Positions 7,761 through 17,472 of a stretch of 20,000 nt of DNA are shown here, piece by piece. The position numbers and the translations under genes are program-made. The first letter of the stretch is position 1; every line of letters starts with the position of its first letter. The stretch lies in IMG/VR virus record IMGVR_UViG_3300025767_000006. One strand, given 5' to 3'. The stretch is from an uncultured virus (IMG/VR IMGVR_UViG_3300025767_000006). Taxonomy: Duplodnaviria > Heunggongvirae > Uroviricota > Caudoviricetes. The notes beneath the pieces were generated by a model. It had not been told where the DNA came from, searched no databases, and saw nothing but the letters and a program-made list of their open reading frames with translations.

Positions 7761-7771
7761 TTCGTTTTTTT
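7729..7771 (+). terminator. hairpin at the tmRNA 3' end followed by a T-run
   Basis: GGTAGGTT (7729-7736) pairs with AACCTACC (7752-7759), followed by TTCGTTTTTTT. Confidence 0.55.
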
Positions 7772-7787
7772 AAGAGGAAGTATCATT

Positions 7788-8132
7788 ATGAAAAGATATG
7801 TAATAATGTTTACTTTACTCGTTTGTGCTTCTACTTTAGTTTTTGCTAATGATGCTACTCCTCGGGTGAGCACAATGCAACTACCAATATTTTGTGGAAA
7901 AACAGATGATATTGTAGAAAATTTAAAAAATAAATATGATGAAGAAATTATATTTGTAGCACCTAGTGAAACATCGACTGGTGAAGGTCTTTTTCATTCA
8001 TTGTGGATTAATTATGATACATTAACATGGACATTTATAGTAGTAAATAAAACTCGTGGTACCACATGTGTAATTACATCTGGTGATAAATTTAGTACTA
8101 ACGTTTTAGCAAATAAAGGTACTCAAACGTAA
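7788..8132 (+). CDS. secreted hypothetical protein with a Cys pair
   Basis: Signal peptide ending VFA|N; PIFCG...WTFIV...TCVITSG; GAGG RBS. Confidence 0.8.
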   Translation: MKRYVIMFTLLVCASTLVFANDATPRVSTMQLPIFCGKTDDIVENLKNKYDEEIIFVAPSETSTGEGLFHSLWINYDTLTWTFIVVNKTRGTTCVITSGDKFSTNVLANKGTQT

Positions 8133-8588
8133 ATGGATGGAATTGAAGTTGAAGAGATCTCCTTTGATCAAATTGTAGAATATTGGAAAGAAGTAGATCA
8201 CTTCAATGATCCCAATAAAAACTATAGACAACTGGTTAGCCAATTAGGGCCATTTCGTTCTAGTATAGATAATCCTATATCCAAATGTTATGGGCTATAT
8301 GATCGACATCCTGAAGTAGACTTTGATGGGATTATAGGAGTTACTCAATTATATGAGTGGGATATATCTACCATTCGTTTTCGTACTATAAATATTCGTA
8401 AAGAATGGCGACATCAGGGATTAGGCGCTCTTCTTTTAGAAGAAGCTTATGAAAAACATTGGTCAAATTATCTAAAAATGTTTGGTTGGATGAAAATAAG
8501 TAAATTAGATTGGGCATTACAGAATGGATTCCAAACCATTTCTGGCACAGAACAAGATAATCACATTGGTGTGATAAAAGAGATGTGA
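8133..8588 (+). CDS. GNAT-family acetyltransferase
   Basis: Motif A IRKEWRHQGLGALLL; C-terminal QNGF. Confidence 0.8.
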   Translation: MDGIEVEEISFDQIVEYWKEVDHFNDPNKNYRQLVSQLGPFRSSIDNPISKCYGLYDRHPEVDFDGIIGVTQLYEWDISTIRFRTINIRKEWRHQGLGALLLEEAYEKHWSNYLKMFGWMKISKLDWALQNGFQTISGTEQDNHIGVIKEM

Positions 8589-8615
8589 TTAATCACGTTT
8601 AGGTTATATTATATT

Positions 8616-9251
8616 ATGCATGGATTATATTCAAATACTATTGAACGATTTTTAATTATCGATCAAGATGTACACTCTCTATACGAGACAGCCACAGTAC
8701 TTACCTCTAAAATATTGTGTAACATAATTCCAGTCACATTGCCTGAAATTGATAATAGCGTATGTACTAATTGGACACTAGGTAACCCAAAGGGATACCG
8801 CCAGTCTTCTCCATATCCATATCTAGTAATTAAACCACAAGATTCTTATGTAGATTTGGGTCCTCAGCAGAACACTCCACAAGACATCTTTGAGTCTCAT
8901 TTAGATTATATTCGCATGACGTTTGTAATTATAAAATCTACTATAAAAACTGAAATGGAACTTCCATCATCGTACGAATCTATTTTTTCTTTTGTAGATT
9001 CAAAGGGAATTGAAACATATAAAGATATGGGTTATCATGCATCTGATGGTGGTCACAAAGACTTTGAGAATGGATTTAAAGAAGCAATTTACGAGCTAAT
9101 TTATTATTCAAAAGATGTTGACGAATTATATGACAACATCATGGTTGCCTTTAGTAAATCTAAAACAAGCAACCTACGAAAAAGAAAATTTTATGAGAAT
9201 TTGAGTCGATATGCAAAACCGTTTTTTTCTAATACATTATACACCTTTTAA
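8616..9251 (+). CDS. hypothetical protein upstream of ATP pyrophosphatase 1
   Basis: 211-aa ORF overlapping the next gene; no recognised motif. Confidence 0.75.
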   Translation: MHGLYSNTIERFLIIDQDVHSLYETATVLTSKILCNIIPVTLPEIDNSVCTNWTLGNPKGYRQSSPYPYLVIKPQDSYVDLGPQQNTPQDIFESHLDYIRMTFVIIKSTIKTEMELPSSYESIFSFVDSKGIETYKDMGYHASDGGHKDFENGFKEAIYELIYYSKDVDELYDNIMVAFSKSKTSNLRKRKFYENLSRYAKPFFSNTLYTF

Positions 9252-10476
9252 ATTTTACCATCGTAAAGTTATGAAAAAATATAACTTTCAAAACGATGGA
9301 GCTAAGTTTTTTTATAATATCTCATTAGCATTTGGGTATAATTCATATTCTCCAAGAGATGGAGAGTGGGATACTCCATGGGGTGATGATTTGGTATTAC
9401 CGCCTGGTTATGATATGCCAGATTTATCAAAAGACTTTAATAAATCATTTGCGCAAATTAGTGATGAAACAGCTTTAAATATCGCAAAAAGAATTGATAA
9501 TACAGATGAACAATTTCTTATTCTATATTCTGGTGGTATAGATTCAACAGCAATTGTTGCGGCATTAATTAAAAATCTTACAGATAAACAATTAGATAAT
9601 ATTACAATTTCAATGAGTTTTGACTCAATTATTGAGAATGAATTCTTCTATAATAGATTTATTAAAGATAAACTTAAGATTCATAACAGTAAAGAATTTG
9701 ATATGAGACGTACTGTTGTGGAACAAAACTATACAGTTATTGTAGGTGATCAAGGTGATGCTCTATTTGGTACTGAATTAGGTACTAAATTATATCCGTC
9801 AATTCCTTATTATTTTGATTATACAAAAGAAGCATATGCGTTAAAAGATAATATTGACAACCCAGAAGTTCATTATAGCGAATATAAACAAGCAATTATT
9901 AAGTATTTTAATCTTTGTTTAGATGGTAGATATTTTAAATATTCTAATACCGAAAAATCATCTCTTGATAAAGCATTTGGCGAAATGTATTATAACAAAA
10001 TGGTTAGAAATATTGAAACAGCAAAGTGCAAAGTAACTACCTTACATGATTTCTTTTGGTGGATTATCTTTAATCCAAAATATATGCATTGTGCGCTAAG
10101 GGCTGGAAGCATTCAATCAACAGGTGTTGATCGTAGTAAAATATACGAAAAACAAATTAATTGGTTTAACGCTGTAGACTTTCAATTATGGTCTATGGTA
10201 AATAATAATAACGGCCAAAAAATCTTAGGCACAACACAGGGTCGTTATAAAATGGCAGCTAAAGACTATATACATAGTTTAGATGCCAATGATTGGTACT
10301 ATTGGTACAAAATGAAAATACCATCTAAACAAATCATTGTGAATCGGCATCGAATTGCGATAAACGATGAACTAGATAATATGTTTGGTTTAGATGAAAA
10401 TTATCAAATGAAATATTTTAACAACGAAGGAATAGAAGAGTATTTTTATGAAAAACTTAAAAACTTTAATGGTTAG
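9211..10476 (+). CDS. asparagine-synthetase-like N-type ATP pyrophosphatase lacking a glutaminase domain
   Basis: PP-loop LYSGGIDST; VGDQGDALFG matching the AsnB GEGADELFG motif; no N-terminal Cys/Ntn domain. Start could be 9271. Confidence 0.75.
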   Translation: MQNRFFLIHYTPFKFYHRKVMKKYNFQNDGAKFFYNISLAFGYNSYSPRDGEWDTPWGDDLVLPPGYDMPDLSKDFNKSFAQISDETALNIAKRIDNTDEQFLILYSGGIDSTAIVAALIKNLTDKQLDNITISMSFDSIIENEFFYNRFIKDKLKIHNSKEFDMRRTVVEQNYTVIVGDQGDALFGTELGTKLYPSIPYYFDYTKEAYALKDNIDNPEVHYSEYKQAIIKYFNLCLDGRYFKYSNTEKSSLDKAFGEMYYNKMVRNIETAKCKVTTLHDFFWWIIFNPKYMHCALRAGSIQSTGVDRSKIYEKQINWFNAVDFQLWSMVNNNNGQKILGTTQGRYKMAAKDYIHSLDANDWYYWYKMKIPSKQIIVNRHRIAINDELDNMFGLDENYQMKYFNNEGIEEYFYEKLKNFNG

Positions 10477-11377
10477 CGCGACAGTTGCGTTTACACTAGG
10501 GTCTACACACGCTTTTGCAAAAGAAGACATCTATATTCAAAGTCCGTATTCAGCGTCTCATGGCGGAACACCCGCGTATTTAGCAATTGTCGAAGAAGCT
10601 AATAAGATTCAAGATCAATTTCAATTTCATCTTGAAAATAAACCAGGTGGTCAGCAAATTATTGCTGTAAAACAAATGGATGCATCTCCACAAAATAGAT
10701 TATCTATTATCGCACCAAAATATGTAGAACATACTAGATCTGGTAAATTAGATCGTGAAAAATATGTTCCTATTCATGCTTTAGGATCTGCATGCTGGAT
10801 TGTAATTTCGAATCTAGGAGATTCAATTGAGGCTATGCGAAATGCTGGTAAAGATGTCATGACCGTTGGTGGTGTAGGTATTGGTAATGCTACGCATTTG
10901 ACATCTCTCCAAATTGGTGAAGCAGCTAAAACCGAAATCAATTACGTAATTTTTAAATCTAATTATGAAGGATTGGTGTTAATGGCAGGAGATGGATCAG
11001 TCAATATGGTAGTAGAAAAAGCTAAAAACTATATCCAAATGAAAACTAAAAATCCAAATATTCAAGCCGCCGCGGCTTCGTGTACTTCCCGCCATCCACT
11101 TCTTCCAGAAGTAGCAACATTAGCTGAACAGGGAGTATCTGCTCCACAAGTATTTAATATTACTGTTGCTTCTTCAGAAATGCCAACACTAAAAAGATTG
11201 AAGCTTGGATATGTATTAAATGCTGCTACAAAAAATCTTGGTAAAGATAAAGTATTTGGACTATCAGACATGAATTCACCGGTATTTGATGGTAAAGATA
11301 TTGGTGCATTCTATTTAGAAAATATTGCGATCGTTGAAAAGCTTTTAATTAAGCATAACGACAATATTAAGAAATAA
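10448..11377 (+). CDS. TctC/Bug-like tripartite tricarboxylate transporter substrate-binding protein (divergent)
   Basis: Signal peptide ending AFA|K; ENKPGG, GVGIGNATHL and RHPLLPEVATLAEQG motifs. Confidence 0.85.
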   Translation: MKNLKTLMVSATVAFTLGSTHAFAKEDIYIQSPYSASHGGTPAYLAIVEEANKIQDQFQFHLENKPGGQQIIAVKQMDASPQNRLSIIAPKYVEHTRSGKLDREKYVPIHALGSACWIVISNLGDSIEAMRNAGKDVMTVGGVGIGNATHLTSLQIGEAAKTEINYVIFKSNYEGLVLMAGDGSVNMVVEKAKNYIQMKTKNPNIQAAAASCTSRHPLLPEVATLAEQGVSAPQVFNITVASSEMPTLKRLKLGYVLNAATKNLGKDKVFGLSDMNSPVFDGKDIGAFYLENIAIVEKLLIKHNDNIKK

Positions 11378-11381
11378 AACA

Positions 11382-11389
11382 TATAAATA
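11382..11389 (+). promoter_or_regulatory. T4-type late promoter (TATAAATA)
   Basis: Exact octamer in the intergenic gap before the first DctP-like gene; AGGAG RBS at 11430-11434. Confidence 0.75.
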
Positions 11390-11441
11390 AAGTTGGTTGC
11401 AAACCAAAACGTAAACACGTGTTAACATTAGGAGTTTAACA

Positions 11442-12383
11442 ATGAAAACCATTCGTTGGGTTATTGCTCATGAGCCTATTGATTTGTTTCTGCGCGCTGC
11501 AGAAAGATTCAAAGCGCAAGTACTTGAGCAAACAAATGGTGCTTTAGACATCGAAATTCTTTCTTTGACTGAGTACTCAAATAAGTATAATGGTGGCGAA
11601 AAAGTCACTAAACAAGATCTTCTCCAGTTAATGGAAGATGGCGTTGTAGAAGCATCGCAGATGTATACTACATGGCTTGGTGATTGGAATAAAGATATGT
11701 ATGCACTTGACATGCCTTTCTTGTTCCGCGATCATGACCATGCAGATAAAGTTCTAGAAGGCTCTATCGGCCAGTCTCTATTGGATGGACTTAAGGCAAA
11801 ATCACCTGTACAAGGTTTGGCCTTTACATATTCAGGTGGATACCGTGTTATCCCGTCTGAAAAAGAATTAGATACCGTCGCTGCTTTTGAAGGTATGAGC
11901 ATTCGTACTTCTAAGTCTCCTGTTGCTGTAGACACATTTAAAGCTCTAGGCGCAAATGTTGTTGATTCAGTTGAACTTGAAGAAATGAATGAAGCACATG
12001 CAAATGGTGTTATTGATGGTGGTGAGTCTACATATGTACGTATTCTTCCTCTTAAGCAGGGTGAAGCATTTGGTACAGTTAATGACACTGCACATTCACT
12101 TTTCCTTACCTCAATTATTGTTGGTAAAGAATTCTACGCTGGTCTAGATGAAAAGACTCAAGCCGTGTTGAAAGACGCTGCATTGAATGCTGCTCGTTTA
12201 GAGCGTCGTGAATCAGTTGCTTCTATCGATGGTATCGTAGATCAATGTAAGACCCAAGGCATTAAAATTGTTAAGATGGCTGAATCAGAAACTGCTAAGT
12301 TCAAAGCAGCTACTGCTCATCTGTACACAAAGTACATGAATGTTTTCAGTGATAATATCATTGAGAAAATTCAAAAGTCTTAA
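11442..12383 (+). CDS. TRAP transporter DctP-like substrate-binding protein, no signal peptide
   Basis: LDMPFLFRDHDHA, GGYRVI, GMSIRT, FKALGAN and GVIDGGE motifs. Confidence 0.88.
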   Translation: MKTIRWVIAHEPIDLFLRAAERFKAQVLEQTNGALDIEILSLTEYSNKYNGGEKVTKQDLLQLMEDGVVEASQMYTTWLGDWNKDMYALDMPFLFRDHDHADKVLEGSIGQSLLDGLKAKSPVQGLAFTYSGGYRVIPSEKELDTVAAFEGMSIRTSKSPVAVDTFKALGANVVDSVELEEMNEAHANGVIDGGESTYVRILPLKQGEAFGTVNDTAHSLFLTSIIVGKEFYAGLDEKTQAVLKDAALNAARLERRESVASIDGIVDQCKTQGIKIVKMAESETAKFKAATAHLYTKYMNVFSDNIIEKIQKS

Positions 12384-12411
12384 GCTAAAATAAAAATAGG
12401 ATGTGATTTGA

Positions 12412-13206
12412 ATGATTGATTATGAAGTAAGAGTTGTCGATGACGCTGTTCCAGCTGATCTTAGACATTCAGTATGGGAATACCTATTAGAACAAACTTG
12501 GACAGCCGCTTGGAAAAGGCAGAAAACTAGCAACTTTCATGAAATTCATGAATATGTTCCTGGTAAATGGAAAGCCAATGATTACCCCAAGCGGCTGGAA
12601 GAGCCCCGCCATTTATTCATGCCAAGAGCTCACTTTGCTTCTGACGAAGAAAGTCTAAAAGCTCATGATCCAATTTATAAATTGTGGCAATGTATCAATA
12701 TGCAATTTGATGGTGAATTTGAAATTGCTGGTAAGCCCGAAGGCACAGTAGCAGAAAATTCTCCAGATGAGTATATAAAAGATAAATACACTGCACCACC
12801 AACATTAGATCCCAATATGGATCAGGGTTGGAGAGTGTACGCCGCGGCTCAGCCAAATGAACACTATAAGCATACTCATGGAATTCATCGAGATCAACCC
12901 GATGAATCGAATGACCGTACATATACATGTATGTATGTTGCTAACCCTGTATGGTATCCAACATGGTTTGCGGATAATATGTTCTACACCAGCAATCATA
13001 CAGAAACTGGTGACGACCAAAGATATCAAAAAGGTGGCCAACAACGAGGTTTTCCAATTGACTGGGGCGATACTTGTAAAGTAGTAAGTCCTAAGCCAGG
13101 TCGTATTATTTGTTATGATTCTCGTAGATTACACACAACTAGACCAGCTTCAATTTTTGCAGAAGCTGATCGCAAAGTAGTTACTTTTAGAATTCGCAAA
13201 AAATGA
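12412..13206 (+). CDS. 2OG-Fe(II) oxygenase family protein
   Basis: HxD...H triad (IHRD...LHTT), PKPGRIICYDSR, terminal RKVVTFR. Confidence 0.85.
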   Translation: MIDYEVRVVDDAVPADLRHSVWEYLLEQTWTAAWKRQKTSNFHEIHEYVPGKWKANDYPKRLEEPRHLFMPRAHFASDEESLKAHDPIYKLWQCINMQFDGEFEIAGKPEGTVAENSPDEYIKDKYTAPPTLDPNMDQGWRVYAAAQPNEHYKHTHGIHRDQPDESNDRTYTCMYVANPVWYPTWFADNMFYTSNHTETGDDQRYQKGGQQRGFPIDWGDTCKVVSPKPGRIICYDSRRLHTTRPASIFAEADRKVVTFRIRKK

Positions 13207-13811
13207 TTAATACATATATCTTTGTGGTAGATCAGGAAGAACACCTGATCTACTGCGAAGCTTCTAATTATGATATAGCAAATAAACTTTGTGAGTACGC
13301 ATTAAATACAAGTGTAATGCGAGTACGAACAACATCAACTTTTAATCCAAATATAGATCAAATTTTACTACAACAAAACGTAGGAATGGTAAGACCTGGT
13401 GAAGGTTCTGTCGCCAAACCTAGTGATATCGATGAATTCTATCAAATTCAAAAAGTAGATTTACTAGTATCTCATAAAACAATAAGATTTAAAAAGACAA
13501 AAAAGATATTAAATATAAAAAAAGAATGTCTTATTTTAATAGATGATATGGCCGAAAAATTTATGAGTAGATATACTGATCGCTATATTTTATATAATGA
13601 TAAAATGATAGAATGTTTTGCAAGTCAAGCAGGATTATCTTTTGAATTGGCTAAAAAATTTATTGATATGGAAAATGATTCTTATTTTTATGGTAAAGCT
13701 AAAATTGATGGTTCAGTTTATAAATTAATTCAAAAAGTAAATGACATTAGTAGTCAGCAAGAATTACCAAAACTAAAACGTCTAATTGATAATATGGTAT
13801 ACGTCAATTGA
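13203..13811 (+). CDS. hypothetical protein upstream of ATP pyrophosphatase 2
   Basis: 202 aa, with 4-bp overlaps on both sides. Confidence 0.75.
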   Translation: MINTYIFVVDQEEHLIYCEASNYDIANKLCEYALNTSVMRVRTTSTFNPNIDQILLQQNVGMVRPGEGSVAKPSDIDEFYQIQKVDLLVSHKTIRFKKTKKILNIKKECLILIDDMAEKFMSRYTDRYILYNDKMIECFASQAGLSFELAKKFIDMENDSYFYGKAKIDGSVYKLIQKVNDISSQQELPKLKRLIDNMVYVN

Positions 13812-14827
13812 TTCTACATGCTTCAACAATATTATTACGTGCTCTAGATACTCCTGATATGGTATTATACGAAAGAGCTATGCGCAAAATTATGCGTTTT
13901 AGTTGGATGTCAGATAGAACAGAAACATTAGTAACACCATTAAAGCAATATATGCCAGAAGAATATAAAATTCCTACAGTTAAAGCTGTTGGAACATTTG
14001 AAGATGTATTACAAAGTCGTTGTTTAGAATTAGTTGATACAGGTAAACATTTATATTTACAATGGAGTGGCGGAATTGATTCAACCTTAATGGTTATATC
14101 ATTTCTTAAGTCTAATATTAATTTAGATCAAATAACAATTGTAATGAATCGTGACTCTATAAAAGAGAATCCTAAATTTTATTACACTTATATTTTACCA
14201 AACTTTAAACTTTTATCAATTGAAAAACATTTATCTGAAGATAATGATGGTATTACTATTCAAGCAGAACATGCAGATCAAATTATTAGTGGCATGATGC
14301 TTTCACGAATTGATAAATCTTGGACTACTAAACCAGCAACAAAAACTAATCTATATAATGTTTGTGCTGAGTTGGGATTTGATAAAATTGCGGCTGAAGC
14401 ATTTATCAATGCTATGTTAAAAACTGGTAAAAGTTCTCCACGGCCAATTGATACTATTGAAGATTTTAGTTGGTGGTTTAATTTCAATTTTAGATGGTTA
14501 AACGCTAAAGAAAAATATAAGCCTAGATTGGGTTATCATAAAGAATTTGACACATTTTACTCTTCTCACGATATTCAAAGATGGTCAATCTTAAATAAAT
14601 CTCCAGATAAATCACTCTATAAAGATCTAATATATAATTATACAAAGGATAAAGACTATCATATTTACAAAAGAAAATGGCAGTCTATGGGCAAATTATT
14701 CTTTACAAATAAACCTGATATGATTGTATCTGAATCAAATTCTTTACAATCCTTTTATAAACCATTTGATACAGAGTTTATTAAACAATACTATGTTGAA
14801 GATAATGATTTTTGTGGATATGAATAA
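13808..14827 (+). CDS. asparagine-synthetase-like N-type ATP pyrophosphatase, paralogue of 9211-10476
   Basis: WSGGIDST, AEHADQI, DFSWWFNFN and DIQRWS parallel the motifs of the first copy; TTG start uncertain. Confidence 0.75.
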   Translation: MILHASTILLRALDTPDMVLYERAMRKIMRFSWMSDRTETLVTPLKQYMPEEYKIPTVKAVGTFEDVLQSRCLELVDTGKHLYLQWSGGIDSTLMVISFLKSNINLDQITIVMNRDSIKENPKFYYTYILPNFKLLSIEKHLSEDNDGITIQAEHADQIISGMMLSRIDKSWTTKPATKTNLYNVCAELGFDKIAAEAFINAMLKTGKSSPRPIDTIEDFSWWFNFNFRWLNAKEKYKPRLGYHKEFDTFYSSHDIQRWSILNKSPDKSLYKDLIYNYTKDKDYHIYKRKWQSMGKLFFTNKPDMIVSESNSLQSFYKPFDTEFIKQYYVEDNDFCGYE

Positions 14828-15243
14828 TGACTAAAAAACAATATACTTCTATATTACTTTTTATGATTGGATTTATATTTTTAATTATGTCATCTAATAT
14901 GCAATTAGGAACACTTGCAAATATGGGTCCAGGAATGTACCCATTTATTATTTCTATTATTTTAATTATTATTTCAACAGTATACGCATTTCGATCACAA
15001 AATGATAATGAAGTATTACATTTAGAAATATTTGTACTTATTAAAATGCTGGGTGCTGTATTTTTAGGAATTCTTGCGTTTAAGTATTTTGGTATTTTAG
15101 CTTCTATTGTGGTTTTAGTTCCGTTAGTTTCAACTCTTCATAAAGACTTTACATGGAAATCATGTATTATCTCAACAGCCGTTTCTTCGGTCTTAGCAAT
15201 TATATTAAAACTCACAGTACTTAAAGCATTACCATTATGGTAG
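14827..15243 (+). CDS. tctB: tripartite tricarboxylate transporter small membrane subunit
   Basis: Four or more TM helices; LGTLANMGPGMYP; C-terminal LP; directly upstream of tctA. Confidence 0.8.
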   Translation: MTKKQYTSILLFMIGFIFLIMSSNMQLGTLANMGPGMYPFIISIILIIISTVYAFRSQNDNEVLHLEIFVLIKMLGAVFLGILAFKYFGILASIVVLVPLVSTLHKDFTWKSCIISTAVSSVLAIILKLTVLKALPLW

Positions 15244-16658
15244 AGCAATTAATATTTTTATTAATTGGATGTCTTGCTGGCACTGCCGTTGGTGTATTAC
15301 CTGGCCTCGGTCCATCAACAACAATTGCATTATTATTGCCAATTACTTTTGGAATGGATCCTATTTCTGGTATTATTATGTTAGCTGGAATCTATTATGG
15401 ATCTCAATATGGTGGATCTACTACAGCGATTCTATTAAATACACCAGGCGAAAATAGTGCTATTATGACTTGTATTGATGGTCATAAATTAGCAAAGAAA
15501 GGATTAGCTGGAAAAGCCATTATGGTATCAGCTATTTCTTCCTTTATTGCTGGTATTATTATGGTAATTGCTATGGCAATTATTTCTCCACCATTAGCTG
15601 ACCTTGCTTTTAAATTTGGTCCAGCTGAATATACTGCGTTATTATGTTTAGCATTTGTTGGTGTTACATCTATTCTAAGTGATAATCTTTTAACTGGATT
15701 AGCGGCAGTTATGGTTGGTATATTGACAGGAACTGTTGGTGTTGATTTAAATAGTGGACTTGAAAGATTTGTATTCAATATTGATGATCTATATGATGGA
15801 ATAAGTTTTGTTGCAGCTGCAATTGGAATGGTTGCATTCGCCGAAGTATTTCGAAATTTATCATTAAATACTATGTCTATTGTACAGACTAAAAATTTAG
15901 CAATTCTTCCAACAAAAGAAGATTTAAAACAATTTGTTCCCGCAGCATTGAGAGGAACTCTTATTGGTGGGTTTCTTGGTATTATTCCAGGTGGTGGACT
16001 AACAGGAGCAACATATGCTGCTTATACTGTTGAAAAAAATATTAATAAAAATTTAGGCACCGGAGTTATAGAAGGAGTTGCTGCTCCAGAAGCTGCAAAT
16101 AATGCTGCTGCTCAAGGCAGTCTTATTCCTTTATTAAGTCTTGGATTGCCAGAAAATATGGCAATGACTTTGATTCTTGGTGCCATGATTGTATTTGGAA
16201 TTGTTCCTGGTCCATTAGTAATTCAAAACCATCCTGATTTATTTTGGTCTTTAGTTTACAGTATTTTCTTTGGAAATATTATTCTTCTTATTTTAAATTA
16301 TCCGTTGATTAAAATATGGGTAAGCTTAATTAAAATACCATACACAATATTATATCCTATTATTATTTCTGTTTGTTTTATTGGAACGTATGGAGTAAAT
16401 AATAACTCAAATGATTTAATTATTCTTTGTGCTTTTATTGCTCTCGGTTATCTGTTTATGAAATTAGATATTAATGTTGTCCCATTTATTTTAGGATTAA
16501 TTCTAGGTCCAATGCTTGAAGAATATTTTAGAAGATCTCTTAGTATTTCTCAAGGGGACTTTTCTATCTTTATACATAGTAATATAGCAATAGGAATATG
16601 GTTATGTATATTGGCAATCATATCAGCTAATATGTACAGGATGAAAAAGAATGTTTAG
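15237..16658 (+). CDS. tctA: tripartite tricarboxylate transporter large permease
   Basis: GVLPGLG, YYGSQYGGSTTAILLNTPGE, GVAAPEAANNA and PFILGLILGPMLEEYFRRSL motifs. Confidence 0.95.
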   Translation: MVEQLIFLLIGCLAGTAVGVLPGLGPSTTIALLLPITFGMDPISGIIMLAGIYYGSQYGGSTTAILLNTPGENSAIMTCIDGHKLAKKGLAGKAIMVSAISSFIAGIIMVIAMAIISPPLADLAFKFGPAEYTALLCLAFVGVTSILSDNLLTGLAAVMVGILTGTVGVDLNSGLERFVFNIDDLYDGISFVAAAIGMVAFAEVFRNLSLNTMSIVQTKNLAILPTKEDLKQFVPAALRGTLIGGFLGIIPGGGLTGATYAAYTVEKNINKNLGTGVIEGVAAPEAANNAAAQGSLIPLLSLGLPENMAMTLILGAMIVFGIVPGPLVIQNHPDLFWSLVYSIFFGNIILLILNYPLIKIWVSLIKIPYTILYPIIISVCFIGTYGVNNNSNDLIILCAFIALGYLFMKLDINVVPFILGLILGPMLEEYFRRSLSISQGDFSIFIHSNIAIGIWLCILAIISANMYRMKKNV

Positions 16659-16690
16659 ATCAATTTTATTTGCGATGAATTGGGATTACG

Positions 16691-17416
16691 ATGACAGAAA
16701 TCAAAAATAAAGGTGATGGTGAAAATACTGGTAACTGGTTTGAGAAGTATTCTCGTAAGCCAGAAAAGTTTACACCCACGCAAGAAGATCTTATGTGCGA
16801 GCTACAATTGCAAGCAATGGGTGAATTCGAACTATTAAAACCAAGAATTAATTTAGATCAATTAAATAAAGAATTATCGTTATTTGATAACGATTGGGAA
16901 CCATACTTGAAAAAAGCATGGGCACCAAATAATAGAGAAGGTCTTGTTCTAGTTGGATTAGAAGGAAGTTCTCATTCGGAAAATCTTTCTATCCCACAAT
17001 CTAGAATTAAGACTGGAAACGAGTTTTTACTTGACCAAGACTTCAACCATAAGACAGACGTATATCATGCTCTAACTTCTCTCCATGAGTTGTTGGAACC
17101 ATTTGACAAACTTGGTAGAACTTTCTTAGTTAAAGTAAATGCGGGTGGGTATTTCCCACCGCATAAAGACTATCCACTTATTACTAGAAAAACTATTCGT
17201 ATCGTAGCTTTCTTATCGAAAGCATGTGATAGTGATTCTTTTGAATGGAGTCAATCTGGCCAAAAACAGGATATTATTCCTGGTCGGGCTTATTACGTTG
17301 ATACAATGAAAACGCATAGAACTCATTCTTGGGAAGATGGATCAATTCATTTGGTTGTTAACGTTCCTAAGACTTGGGAGAATGTTCTTAAATTGTGCTC
17401 AATGACAAATAAGTAA
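16691..17416 (+). CDS. aspartyl/asparaginyl beta-hydroxylase-like 2OG-Fe(II) oxygenase
   Basis: GGYFPPHKD...YYVDTMKTH...IHLVVN double-stranded beta-helix pattern. Confidence 0.75.
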   Translation: MTEIKNKGDGENTGNWFEKYSRKPEKFTPTQEDLMCELQLQAMGEFELLKPRINLDQLNKELSLFDNDWEPYLKKAWAPNNREGLVLVGLEGSSHSENLSIPQSRIKTGNEFLLDQDFNHKTDVYHALTSLHELLEPFDKLGRTFLVKVNAGGYFPPHKDYPLITRKTIRIVAFLSKACDSDSFEWSQSGQKQDIIPGRAYYVDTMKTHRTHSWEDGSIHLVVNVPKTWENVLKLCSMTNK

Positions 17417-17419
17417 AAA

Positions 17420-17427
17420 TATAAATA
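17420..17427 (+). promoter_or_regulatory. T4-type late promoter (TATAAATA)
   Basis: Exact octamer in the intergenic gap; near-copy TATAAATC at 17432-17439. Confidence 0.7.
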
Positions 17428-17472
17428 ATCGTATAAATCAAATAAATCCCATTAAAAGGAAAAAAAAATATT

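Noticed and set aside
9211..14827. Calling the SGGIDS proteins QueC, true AsnB or a lasso-peptide cluster
   Set aside because: No QueC C-terminal Cys zinc motif, no Ntn glutaminase domain, and no recognisable lasso precursor or B-protease in the window.
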